Origin: Candidatus Thorarchaeota archaeon
Lineage (GTDB): Archaea; Asgardarchaeota; Thorarchaeia; Thorarchaeales; Thorarchaeaceae
Assembly (NCBI GenBank): GCA_046758445.1
Contig: JBHIAE010000010.1
Coordinates: 4,052-68,051 of the forward strand
Reading direction: 5' to 3'
DNA length: 64,000 nucleotides
Shown: piece after piece, positions 54,311-63,403 of the stretch
How positions within the stretch are numbered: position 1 is the first letter of the stretch
Layout of the letters: each line of letters begins with the position of its first letter
Position numbers and translations under genes: made by a program
The notes under the pieces: generated by a model
Told to the model about the DNA's origin: nothing
The model's database searches: none
Seen by the model: the letters and a program-made list of their open reading frames with translations, nothing else

Positions 54311-54709
54311 ATGATGCCCCACTATCGCTGTTTGGGGTCGGTGTTAAGACTGACGGCGTCGGCGGGAAACGCCTCCTATGTAGAACTTGAGAATGCGGAT
54401 GGAAAGAGATATTCAATCCCTGTCACACAACACCTGTATGACCTGAAAGAGGTTGGACCCATTAGTCCCGAAGTGATCGAGGAAGATGTAAGGAGCGAAC
54501 TGGACGATTATACCCTAGGTGAAGAAGACATCCATACAGTACTCGATGATTGCTCTTCGTCACCGAGGTATCATCAATATCAAGTCCTCGGAGGCGGAAG
54601 ACTAATTCGAGTTTCGAAGAAACAAGGGAAATTGGAAGAGATTCTGGAAATCCGGAAACGGTGGGGGTACCCACAAACCTTTAGAGCCCAAGCCGAATGT
54701 TTTGGGTGA
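54311..54709 (+). CDS. Hypothetical protein
   Basis: A 132-aa ORF with no recognisable motif. Its stop overlaps a GGGTGA SD-like motif of the next ORF. Confidence 0.3.
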   Translation: MMPHYRCLGSVLRLTASAGNASYVELENADGKRYSIPVTQHLYDLKEVGPISPEVIEEDVRSELDDYTLGEEDIHTVLDDCSSSPRYHQYQVLGGGRLIRVSKKQGKLEEILEIRKRWGYPQTFRAQAECFG

Positions 54710-54711
54710 AT

Positions 54712-54954
54712 ATGAAGTTACTAGACCGCCTCCTGGGCATCTTCAGCAGACAGCGCCGGACAATCTTGGGAGCTGTCGAACAACCTGATGACCTCGCAAA
54801 TGCAGTGCGCCGCATTAGAGCCCAAGTGTATCTGAGAATAACGGGCAAGAGCTATTATGAGCCATCCGCTCAAGCCAGCAAGTCAAAGAGTTCTCCAAGT
54901 GACATGTCTGAGAGGGTTTCCAGGGTACGCAGAATCACGCGTAGAGATGCATGA
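54712..54954 (+). CDS. Hypothetical 80-aa protein with amphipathic N-terminus (MKLLDRLLGIFSRQ)
   Basis: This is the internal ATG of track ORF 54697..54954. Coding status is uncertain. Confidence 0.25.
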   Translation: MKLLDRLLGIFSRQRRTILGAVEQPDDLANAVRRIRAQVYLRITGKSYYEPSAQASKSKSSPSDMSERVSRVRRITRRDA

Positions 54955-55164
54955 TAGCATTGATATGACATTCTTGGGCCATTCTTACAGGGATGATGAT
55001 GAAGTAGGGATGGCGAGCGCCTCATCAGCGTGATGAACCTATAAACCGCAATCTGACCACATTTGTGCATGTCAACATTACCGGATTCACCAACCATCCA
55101 ATGACCATAGAACCGAGTATAGGTGCGATACTGAACAGCCCCCTTTGACGGAGACTCGCTTACA

Positions 55165-55575
55165 TTGATGTCAATTGACTGTGCCCGATTCTGCACCGAA
55201 GTCAGAGTCTGTTGTACAGAAACCGAGATGACCCTAACGAGGGCGGATGTGGAGAGAATCAGCCTGCTCGGTCATTCAGCCAAGGATTACTTGGTACGGG
55301 TCACAGCAGGTTTCTGTGAACTGAAGAATGTTGACGGCTACTGCTACTTCTACGATCGGGACAGCAAGACGTGTCAAATCTATTATGCACGACCAGAAGG
55401 TTGTCGGTGGTATCCCATCATCTATGATGCTCGCAGCCGCAAATGTACTGCTGACAGGGACTGTCCTGCGGCTGATACGGTGACTCGAAATGAGATCAGG
55501 AAGGTGAGTAAGAGGGTGAGAACTCTTGTAGAAACTCTGAGACGGGAGGCCGCTAGTGGTGAGAGCCCGTGCTGA
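55165..55575 (+). CDS. YkgJ/UPF0153-type Cys-cluster (zinc/iron-chelating) protein
   Basis: 136 aa with CARFCTEVRVCC at the N-terminus, then CYFYD...CQIYYARPEGCRWYP. Confidence 0.6.
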   Translation: MMSIDCARFCTEVRVCCTETEMTLTRADVERISLLGHSAKDYLVRVTAGFCELKNVDGYCYFYDRDSKTCQIYYARPEGCRWYPIIYDARSRKCTADRDCPAADTVTRNEIRKVSKRVRTLVETLRREAASGESPC

Positions 55576-56416
55576 CCTGCACACTCATTCCATACTCTCA
55601 GACGGAAGTGATACACCGACCACGCTTCTGAGGATGGCCGACGAGCTGCAACTCGGAGGCATTGCCCTCACCGACCATGATACTGTGAAGGGTCTGAGAG
55701 AGTTCATGGATGCAGATGCTTCCCCAGATCTGCAGAGAGTCCCGGGTGTAGAAATGAGTGCAGACTACAATGGAAAGGAAGTCCACATCTTGGGGTACTT
55801 CGTTCCTCTCGACTCAGATGAGCTAAATGATAGACTTGAGAACCTCAGGACCCGCAGAGAAACCAAGTTCTCAAGGATGGTACAAAGACTTAGAGACCTC
55901 GGCATCGACGTTAAGCAGAACGAATTAGATGAGGTTCTCCAGGGAGTTGAAAGTCAGGCACGTCCTCATCTTGCAAGAGTCCTCGTCCAGAAGGGGATTG
56001 TCAGCAGTACAACTGAAGCTTTCGAGGTCTTTCTAGGAGAAGGCAAGCCGGCCTACGTGAAGAAAGAAAGGCCATCAGCAAGCGAGGTGATTGCTTTTCT
56101 TAGATCAATTGGGGCAGTTCCAGTTGTGGCTCATCCTCTGACGATTGGGGTAGCCAATCTTCGAGCCTTTCTCAAGTTGCTCAAACAGTGGGGTATTGAA
56201 GGTGTCGAGGCGGAGTATGACTATGGCCCAGTCGGCATCGTTGGAGGTCCCAAAGACGTCCAGGCTGCGGCATACGGGCTTGGTTTGATCGAAACGGGAG
56301 GAAGCGACTATCACGGCACTAGCGTGGTGATGGCCGACCTCGGAACCCACACCGTGTCAGTGGAAGTAATCGAGAAACTGAGGAAAGCGGCAAAGGTCAT
56401 CCTTTCGGAAGGCTAA
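55556..56416 (+). CDS. PHP-domain phosphoesterase (TrpH/YciV-like)
   Basis: 286 aa with ADLHTHSILSDG, ALTDHDT, VVAHP and GGSDYHG. The start is GTG and overlaps the upstream gene. Confidence 0.85.
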   Translation: MVRARADLHTHSILSDGSDTPTTLLRMADELQLGGIALTDHDTVKGLREFMDADASPDLQRVPGVEMSADYNGKEVHILGYFVPLDSDELNDRLENLRTRRETKFSRMVQRLRDLGIDVKQNELDEVLQGVESQARPHLARVLVQKGIVSSTTEAFEVFLGEGKPAYVKKERPSASEVIAFLRSIGAVPVVAHPLTIGVANLRAFLKLLKQWGIEGVEAEYDYGPVGIVGGPKDVQAAAYGLGLIETGGSDYHGTSVVMADLGTHTVSVEVIEKLRKAAKVILSEG

Positions 56417-56434
56417 TCTTACACCGACCCTCAG

Positions 56435-57361
56435 TTGCGTCTGAGTGATGCGCTGTTGCGAATCATAGATTCCCATGTGCATACATGGACCAAAGAGATA
56501 ATCAGCGACAAGGACCTTGAGGCACGGCGGATAGCGGCTGAGAGAGAGGGGATCAAGCCACAGCTCGATTCCCCCATTGAGAGCCTAAGGATGGCCATGC
56601 AAAAGGCGGGCATAGAGAAAGCCGTAGTGCTGCCTATAGACAGTGGTCTTAATCAAGAGATGCCTCTGACTCTCACAGAGAAGACTGACTGGCACGCCGA
56701 CGAAGTGAGTGGTGATGCCAATATAGCAACTTTTGTAGGATTGGACCCCCGGCGGGGTGACGTGGGTCTCGCGGAACTTGAGAGGGCTGTGAAGGAGAAG
56801 GGCTGTTGCGGATGGAAGATGTATCCTCCGAATGGGTTCTACCCCGATGAACTGGAGTTCTACCCCTACTACGAGTTGTGTACGAAATTGGGAGTCCCCG
56901 TAACGATACATTCGGGGTTCACATCAAGGTTCAAGCACATGAAATACGCCCAGCCAGTTTACATAGACAAGGTTGCGGCTGACTTTCCAGGCCTCAAGAT
57001 TGTAATCGCACATGCTGGTGTGCCATGGGTCGATGAAGCTCTAGCAGTGGCCGCAAAGAACCCAAACGTTTCAATCGATGTTTCAGGTTGGCAGGCATTT
57101 GCGTCGAGAGTGCCAATCAAAGTATACAGGATGATTGGAGATGCGAAACTCATGAAGGTGTTTCCCAACCGCGTGCTATGGGGAAGCGACTTTCCGCTCT
57201 TTGAGCATTTCATGCCAATCGAGAAATGGACAGAATTCTTTCTCAAGTTTAAAGTTCCAAAGTCCCTTCTTGATACTGGATACCCGCCGATCACAGAGGA
57301 TGAGATTGATTCAATGATGTGGAAGAATGCTGCGCGCCTGTTCTTTGGTGAGAAAGCATGA
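56435..57361 (+). CDS. Amidohydrolase-2 family metal-dependent TIM-barrel hydrolase
   Basis: 308 aa with IIDSHVHTW, VIAHAGVPW and WGSDFP. Confidence 0.8.
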   Translation: MRLSDALLRIIDSHVHTWTKEIISDKDLEARRIAAEREGIKPQLDSPIESLRMAMQKAGIEKAVVLPIDSGLNQEMPLTLTEKTDWHADEVSGDANIATFVGLDPRRGDVGLAELERAVKEKGCCGWKMYPPNGFYPDELEFYPYYELCTKLGVPVTIHSGFTSRFKHMKYAQPVYIDKVAADFPGLKIVIAHAGVPWVDEALAVAAKNPNVSIDVSGWQAFASRVPIKVYRMIGDAKLMKVFPNRVLWGSDFPLFEHFMPIEKWTEFFLKFKVPKSLLDTGYPPITEDEIDSMMWKNAARLFFGEKA

Positions 57362-57840
57362 TCAAGTTCGTTGTCGATGCCATGTTGGGGAAGCTCTCAC
57401 TTTGGCTCAGATTGGTCGGTTATGACACCCTATACTCGACTGATATCCATGACGATGATCTCTTGACGATTGCCGAGAGAGAGGGTCGCTACTTGCTCAC
57501 AGCGGACGCGAGCCTACACCAGAGAGCCAGGGAGAGAGCTATCGATTCAATGCTTCTTAGAGGAAGCGTGGATGAGAGAGTTACCAGAGTCTTCCAAGAG
57601 TTTGGAATCCCTCCGCAAATTGATCCTTCGAAGTCGAGATGTTCCAAATGCAATGGAGAACTGACAGAGATTGGTGCAAGTGAGAAAGAGAGAGTGAAGG
57701 ACCTGGTCTTTGACGACACTTACAACCATTACGAGAAGTTCTGGCTCTGCAATGATTGCCAAAGCGTCTTCTTTCAGGGTGGTCAGTGGGAAAACATGCA
57801 GAAGTATATGTTGAGAATTGAGAAACTCATGAGTACTTGA
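57358..57840 (+). CDS. Mut7-C (DUF82) PIN-like RNase domain protein with zinc ribbon
   Basis: 160 aa with FVVDAMLGKLSLWLRLVGYDTLY and CSKCNG...CNDC. It overlaps the upstream gene by 4 nt. Confidence 0.8.
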   Translation: MIKFVVDAMLGKLSLWLRLVGYDTLYSTDIHDDDLLTIAEREGRYLLTADASLHQRARERAIDSMLLRGSVDERVTRVFQEFGIPPQIDPSKSRCSKCNGELTEIGASEKERVKDLVFDDTYNHYEKFWLCNDCQSVFFQGGQWENMQKYMLRIEKLMST

Positions 57841-57860
57841 GAATCATGAGAACGGACGTG

Positions 57861-58316
57861 TCACGCTGCTTCTTCAACAGAGATGTCATATTCAATGGGG
57901 ATGCAATCAGCAATGGAGCGACTCAGATGGCAATATTCCTTCATCAATTCTGAACAACGTTCTCCAACACTCTGCTCGCCCTGAGATACGACAATGCTTC
58001 CTGCAACCTTCACTCCAACTATTTTGTACCCGGACCCATCAAACTCAGCAGTCGCATGACCCTCCAAATCAAGTGAGAGCAGCGTCATCTCGAAGCGACG
58101 CTGGAAGTCGAGGAAAGTGTTATTCAGACATCCAAGAAGTGCGGACACGAACAACTCATCAGGACAGATGCCCTCGCCCTTCCCCCCGAAAGTACTAGGC
58201 GTATCTATGACGACCTTCTGATTGTCTGTGACATAGCTCGTACATCCTGTTTTTCCATCCCAGGAGCTTCTCGCGCGGTACTCAACTTCCTCCGGGTATA
58301 TTGGCTTCGGCTTCAT
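57861..58316 (-). CDS. OsmC/Ohr-family peroxiredoxin-like protein
   Basis: 151 aa with GGKGEGICPDELFVSALLGC and a second conserved Cys near the C-terminus. Confidence 0.85.
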   Translation of the reverse strand: MKPKPIYPEEVEYRARSSWDGKTGCTSYVTDNQKVVIDTPSTFGGKGEGICPDELFVSALLGCLNNTFLDFQRRFEMTLLSLDLEGHATAEFDGSGYKIVGVKVAGSIVVSQGEQSVGERCSELMKEYCHLSRSIADCIPIEYDISVEEAA

Positions 58317-58425
58317 CTTTCTTTCTCTCCGTCGTCGGGCCTTGTGGCCAGATGGTTAAGGATTCCGGTCACAAGCGATTCTCAGTTGAAGCGGATTGTA
58401 CGGATCGTTGCTAGTCAGCAAGTCA

Positions 58426-58431
58426 TTTAAA
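58426..58431 (+). promoter_or_regulatory. Candidate TATA box (TTTAAA) for the alcohol dehydrogenase gene
   Basis: It ends 35 nt upstream of the ATG at 58466 with no SD motif, which fits a near-leaderless transcript. Confidence 0.4.
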
Positions 58432-58465
58432 CCGACCAGCTATTGACACCGCGGAGTCTGGACCT

Positions 58466-59509
58466 ATGGCACGACGAATGAATGCTGCTATGTTTCACGG
58501 CATCGGTGATGTAAGATATGAAGAAACCGATGTCCCGACGATAGGACCCGGTGAGCTCCTGATCAGAGTGGGAACGGCTCTGACTTGTGGGACTGACGTG
58601 AAGACCTTCAAGAGGGGGCACCCCATCTTACTCAGACACACACCAGCGCTCTTCGGACACGAATACGCGGGAACCATCGAGAAAGTGGGAGAGGGCGTGG
58701 AGGGCTTTGAGATGGACATGCGAGTCGTAGCCACAAACTCAGCACCCTGCGGTTCCTGCTTCTTCTGTAAACGGGGTAGTCCCAATCTCTGTGATGAGCT
58801 GAAATCATCATTTGTTAACGGCGCCTTCGCAGAGTATGTTCGCGTGCCTGAGCCAGTCGTTAGATGGAACACACATCGAATACCTGATTCGCTATCATTT
58901 CGTGATGCCGCTTTGACTGAACCCTTGGCCTGTGTCGTGCACGGTATCGAAGAAGCGAACATTCAGTTGGGGGACACAGTGGCCGTCATCGGAGCAGGCC
59001 CGATAGGTCAGATGATGATAATGCTTGCAAAGAAGCGGGGTGCTTCAGTGGTGATCGCATCTGACTTGGCCAAGCTACGACGGGCCACTGCAAAACAAGC
59101 TGGCGCTGACGTCGTGATAGACCCAGCGAAGGAAGATCCAATCCAACGGGTGAAGGAGGAAACTTCTGGATACGGAGCGGATGTGGTGATTGAAGCTGTT
59201 GGCCTTCCTGCGACGTGGGTACAGGCCGTGGACATGACACGTGAGGCAGGAATGACAGTTCTTTTTGGTGGAGCAGCGTCTGGTACGAAGTTCGAGCTTG
59301 ACACGGTCCGATTCCATTATGGTCAGCTCACCATAAAGGGTGTCTTTCATCTTGCACCCAGACATGTTGAACAGGCTCTCAAGCTAATCATCGCCGGAAA
59401 CGTGGATAGTGATTTGCTCGTTTCTCATGAGATGCCTCTGGAGAAGATTGTTGACGCTCTCAAGATGATGAGTGCCGGAGAGAGTATGAAGATAGCCATC
59501 AAACCCTGA
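58466..59509 (+). CDS. Zinc-dependent medium-chain dehydrogenase (threonine/sorbitol dehydrogenase-like)
   Basis: 347 aa with GHEYAGTIEKVGEGV, the structural-zinc loop CGSCFFCKRGSPNLC, and the Rossmann motif GAGPIGQ. Confidence 0.88.
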   Translation: MARRMNAAMFHGIGDVRYEETDVPTIGPGELLIRVGTALTCGTDVKTFKRGHPILLRHTPALFGHEYAGTIEKVGEGVEGFEMDMRVVATNSAPCGSCFFCKRGSPNLCDELKSSFVNGAFAEYVRVPEPVVRWNTHRIPDSLSFRDAALTEPLACVVHGIEEANIQLGDTVAVIGAGPIGQMMIMLAKKRGASVVIASDLAKLRRATAKQAGADVVIDPAKEDPIQRVKEETSGYGADVVIEAVGLPATWVQAVDMTREAGMTVLFGGAASGTKFELDTVRFHYGQLTIKGVFHLAPRHVEQALKLIIAGNVDSDLLVSHEMPLEKIVDALKMMSAGESMKIAIKP

Positions 59510-59546
59510 ACCCGCATCAATAACAGAACTACAAGGTGATTTCAAC

Positions 59547-60032
59547 TTGAGCCGCGAGAACAAAGAAACACTGCGGGACAAGGTCGCCATCTACAGGGCC
59601 AGGCACAAGCAGCGTGCCGGCACTAGAAGACTCAGGGACAACGAGAAGGCTCTGATTGAAATCATCCAGGGTCTGGACAATGACTACGAGGGCCTTCTTG
59701 TGGTTGTGGAGGGAAAGCGGGACGAGTCTGTGCTCAGAAGTCTTGGTTTGAGAGCCCCTATAGTCAAGACCCAGAGTGGAGTTCCTAGGCCGAGATTCAT
59801 CGACAAGCTGGCCTCCCAAGCAGGTAAGAAAGGGCAAGTGCTCATCCTGACCGATTTTGATCAGAAAGGAAATGAGATTTCCAGTCACATTGGACGGGAA
59901 TTGGATATCCGGGGTGTGAAAGTTCTTAGAAGGATACGGCGAGAAATCAGGAAGGGGATGGGCAATTGGCGATGTATAGAGGAGCTTACAGCCTTGTTCA
60001 AGAGAAAGGACTCACCAGAACCGGCAGCCTAG
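59547..60032 (+). CDS. Small Toprim-domain protein (RNase M5-like / UPF0292-type)
   Basis: 161 aa with the Toprim Glu (VVVEGKRDE) and DxD (LTDFDQKGNE). The start is TTG. Confidence 0.7.
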   Translation: MSRENKETLRDKVAIYRARHKQRAGTRRLRDNEKALIEIIQGLDNDYEGLLVVVEGKRDESVLRSLGLRAPIVKTQSGVPRPRFIDKLASQAGKKGQVLILTDFDQKGNEISSHIGRELDIRGVKVLRRIRREIRKGMGNWRCIEELTALFKRKDSPEPAA

Positions 60033-60098
60033 CAATGACGTCACGCAGCTAGCGAAAACACAATATGCCTCCTATACTCCTCAAGATATCGACAAGCA

Positions 60099-60596
60099 TT
60101 GCGAGTCTTTGCAGTTTCAGGGTATTCCGGCACAGGTAAGACGTCACTAATTGAAACGCTCATAGAGCGACTGGTAGCTAGAGGTGCCTCTGTATCGACG
60201 GTGAAGAGCAGCATGGAGGATGTCATGCCACCAGAGAACTCTGACACTTGGAAACACCTAAGGGCTGGAGCTGAAACGACTATCCTCCAAGGCCCAGGAT
60301 CGACCACAATCAGATTCAAGGAAAGAGCAGACTTGGAGGCAATCCTCAAACAACTCGATTCGGACTTCATTCTAATTGAGGGTATGAAGGGGATAGCCAT
60401 TCCACGCTTTTGGTGCCTGGGAGAGAAGTCCACTGCTGACGACGTTCCTGAGGGAACGGTGGCCGTCGTCATTTGGAATGCGTCCCGAGAGATTCCGGCC
60501 AAGGTAGATGTTCCGGTGATACCCTCCAATGATATTGAGAACCTAGTCGATATCGTGGTGAAAGAGGCCGTGGATGTGTCGGACCTTAGTCTCTAG
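60099..60596 (+). CDS. mobB: Molybdopterin-guanine dinucleotide biosynthesis adapter MobB
   Basis: 165 aa with the P-loop VSGYSGTGKTSLIE and LIEGMK. The start is TTG. Confidence 0.8.
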   Translation: MRVFAVSGYSGTGKTSLIETLIERLVARGASVSTVKSSMEDVMPPENSDTWKHLRAGAETTILQGPGSTTIRFKERADLEAILKQLDSDFILIEGMKGIAIPRFWCLGEKSTADDVPEGTVAVVIWNASREIPAKVDVPVIPSNDIENLVDIVVKEAVDVSDLSL

Positions 60597-60650
60597 TCCT
60601 ACGTACGCTATCACAATACTCTTCTTGATGCTTGACCTCGAGCGACTCTA

Positions 60651-61496
60651 ATGAGAGAGCTGGATTCGGGGCAGTTCGACCTTGTCGATACTCTGGAATG
60701 TGGTCAAACATTCTGTTGGACTAGAGAGGGCCAGGGATATGTCAATGCGGACATCGGACAGGTCGTTTACGTGGAGCAAAGAGGAAACACCATATACTAC
60801 GAAACCTCAGACGACGACGTCAACTTGGAGAAGATGTTCAGGCTTCGAGACCCGCTTCCAGAGATTCAGAAGCAGATAATGCGAGATGGAATCGTTAGAG
60901 AGAGCATACAATTCGCACCAGGTCTTCGTGTTATATCTGACGACTTCTTTCCGTGTCTAATCTCATTTCTGTGTTCAATCCGCAACAACATCCCGAATAT
61001 CAGAAGACTTACTCAGTCAATCAGAAGGAAATTCGGACCTGTCTACACCTTTCGAGACTCGACCTATCATGGTTTTCCTTCTCCAGAGGAGCTATCCAGA
61101 GCAACAGAAGATCAGCTGCAAGCTTTGGGCCTGGATTGGCGGGCGAGCTTTGTTCTTCGTTCAACAGAATCCATCGTTGACGGGGATTTAGATCCAGACA
61201 ACTTGGTGAAGCTAGGCTACGAGGATGCCCACACGGAGCTGAAGTCACTGCACGGAGTTGGTGATAAAGTGGCGGATTGTTTATGTCTGTTCTCACTGGG
61301 GTTCCTAGAGGCCTTCCCGATTGACGTATGGATTGAACGTGTCATTCAGGAACACTACGGAATACTCACCGCGACTGGAAAGTCATATTCCAAGAAGTCT
61401 GAGGCGGCAAGAGCGTATTTTGGCAAGTACGCTGGTTATGCTCAAGAGTACCTATATTACTTCACTCGTACAAAGGGAAAGAAACCGAAAAGGTGA
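60651..61496 (+). CDS. ogg: 8-oxoguanine DNA glycosylase, Ogg1-type (OGG_N + HhH-GPD)
   Basis: 281 aa with DTLECGQTFCW (OGG_N) and LHGVGDKVADCLCLFSLG...FPIDVW (HhH-GPD with a catalytic Lys/Asp context). Confidence 0.85.
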   Translation: MRELDSGQFDLVDTLECGQTFCWTREGQGYVNADIGQVVYVEQRGNTIYYETSDDDVNLEKMFRLRDPLPEIQKQIMRDGIVRESIQFAPGLRVISDDFFPCLISFLCSIRNNIPNIRRLTQSIRRKFGPVYTFRDSTYHGFPSPEELSRATEDQLQALGLDWRASFVLRSTESIVDGDLDPDNLVKLGYEDAHTELKSLHGVGDKVADCLCLFSLGFLEAFPIDVWIERVIQEHYGILTATGKSYSKKSEAARAYFGKYAGYAQEYLYYFTRTKGKKPKR

Positions 61497-61501
61497 TCAG
61501 T

Positions 61502-62656
61502 CTAGAAGCTCTGGCGTTTCCTCTTCTTTCTGGCGTACCAGCTATGATCTTCAATACCTTTGGAAATCTCCCAGAGTCGGGTTTCATAGAAAGCAAGTGG
61601 ATGGAGAATATACTCGCACAGGGGGTCGAATACTGTGCCTAGATATACTGGGCAGAGGCTATTGCCCTGCATCTTCTTGCATCCCGGCGGTGTGTAGCCC
61701 TCTCCAGCCGACTTTGAAGAGATGTGACGTACCTGATACTCAGCTAGATTTCTAACAAAGTCAGGCGCTGCTTTGAAGACTCCCATGACCTCTTCTTCTG
61801 TCATTCCAATCTTGAGTAGGAATGCGGCCAGGGCAAAACGAGCCTCATGAGAGAGGTTCTTTCCTTGGATGGAGTCTTGATGCAATTGGGCAATGCAGGG
61901 AGGAAATGCCGTGCTTACGTCTGCAGTAATCTTGACTGGCTTCCTGTCTCTGATCCTCGTTGTCATCTCAGATTCTATTCTTTGAACGGCCTCAGTCAAA
62001 CGCATTGGAAGTGTGGGCACATCCATTGTGCTCCGAAGAATCAGCTGCTTGAACCTCCCGGATATCAAGCGATGAAGCTCTGACTTGCGTATAGGCACCC
62101 ACCCCGACTCAAGATGACGATTGATGAGCTTCCACTTCTTACTGTGAAAAGTGGGAGCGACTTCAAGAAAATCTTCAAACCTGATTCGAAAGTTGAAACT
62201 TCTCAACATCAGTGGCAGTTTCGAACGTTGAGTTTCAGATCCTGTGGATTCTATGGTCCAACCAAAAGAGGACTCACACATCTCGATTACATTGCGATCC
62301 TTCTCCTTAGACAGATGTTTGTTCACAGCCTTGGATTCTGCCTCGGCCTGATACTCCTTCAGTCTTGGATGCCCTATCTTCTCTACAATGAGTCGCGCAG
62401 CCGGGTAGACTAACACCGCTTCCTCTGTGTCAATGTTGGGAATCTTGATCTCAGACTGCATTAGTGCCGCATACACACGCTTTTCGGCTTCCTGCACGAC
62501 ATACCCATTCTCAGGGTCCTCTAGAATCTGGATGAGGGTTCGGACGTCCCGAGCCAATTTCTGCGTCGCGGCCCTCGCCTCAGCTGAGAACGGATACTGT
62601 AGCAGTTGCAGATCTAATGCCACAAGCTTCGCACCTATCTGTTTCTCTGACTCCAC
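61502..62656 (-). CDS. priL: DNA primase large subunit PriL
   Basis: 384 aa with FPPCIAQLH and downstream Fe-S cysteines (PPGCKKMQ...LCPV). Confidence 0.88.
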   Translation of the reverse strand: MESEKQIGAKLVALDLQLLQYPFSAEARAATQKLARDVRTLIQILEDPENGYVVQEAEKRVYAALMQSEIKIPNIDTEEAVLVYPAARLIVEKIGHPRLKEYQAEAESKAVNKHLSKEKDRNVIEMCESSFGWTIESTGSETQRSKLPLMLRSFNFRIRFEDFLEVAPTFHSKKWKLINRHLESGWVPIRKSELHRLISGRFKQLILRSTMDVPTLPMRLTEAVQRIESEMTTRIRDRKPVKITADVSTAFPPCIAQLHQDSIQGKNLSHEARFALAAFLLKIGMTEEEVMGVFKAAPDFVRNLAEYQVRHISSKSAGEGYTPPGCKKMQGNSLCPVYLGTVFDPLCEYILHPLAFYETRLWEISKGIEDHSWYARKKRKRQSF

Positions 62657-62714
62657 ACATCAGTAACCAGGACGAGCAAATAAAGTGTCCTCAGAACGCT
62701 GCCTTGGTTTCCTA

Positions 62715-63254
62715 TCAAGTGCGTCCTAGGACCAAATCGGACCTTACAAGCAGGTTCATGAACTCACCGAGACTCTGACGCAGGATCTCCGGGTCACTAT
62801 ATAGCTTCTTCAGAGAGGTCCTACGTCTTTCGATTGATGGCGTACCTGCTTCGTTCACGAGCTTGTATGCAGCGTTAGGCCGCTCAACCCACCTGCAGAG
62901 CTCGTCATTCTGATCGCTGAGGAAGAGGACCACAGGAGTCTTTCGCTTGCCATTCACCTTGAACTGTTGATGCAGATTTGCGTTCTTGTCGCTGTCAAGG
63001 ACTCTCAGCTTGACCTTTGGAGTGAGAGAAGCCATTCGTGCAAGTACTGGAATGTTTCCAGCAGTATCGTTGCAACGGTCTGTACCAATGACAAGTATCC
63101 TGATCTCATTCTGAATGCTGCTCAGAATCTCTTGCTCAGCTTCGTTGAGCATCAGGTCATTGAATCTCGCCTTCATCAGCTCAACATTCTCTCTGGCCTT
63201 CTTCAGGAAGCTTTTGTATTCTACTGCAGAGTCCCAGTCTGCATTCTCACACAT
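62715..63254 (-). CDS. Thioredoxin_9-like protein with degenerate active site
   Basis: 179 aa. ILVIGTDRCNDTAGNIPVLARMA occupies the position where the family has WCGDC, and only one Cys is retained. Confidence 0.55.
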   Translation of the reverse strand: MCENADWDSAVEYKSFLKKARENVELMKARFNDLMLNEAEQEILSSIQNEIRILVIGTDRCNDTAGNIPVLARMASLTPKVKLRVLDSDKNANLHQQFKVNGKRKTPVVLFLSDQNDELCRWVERPNAAYKLVNEAGTPSIERRRTSLKKLYSDPEILRQSLGEFMNLLVRSDLVLGRT

Positions 63255-63403
63255 GCATTACCAACTCAGCGTTCTCTGAGAATTCTACTGGCTCATGGAC
63301 CAGCATTCTCATATCACTGCGACAGAATAAAAGGATTGTCCGCTATGCTTGGGTCAGCTCAAGACTAGGTTACAACTCAATAGGTAATTCCAGAGTGGAG
63401 TAT

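Noticed and set aside
54992-55056. Possible C/D-box sRNA (GATGATGATGA ... GTGATGA ... CTGA)
   Set aside because: The C-like, C'-like and D-like boxes are present. However, there is no D' box, the C'-to-D spacer is 16 nt rather than about 12, and the flanks form no terminal stem. It is more likely a chance occurrence in a non-coding or decayed stretch.
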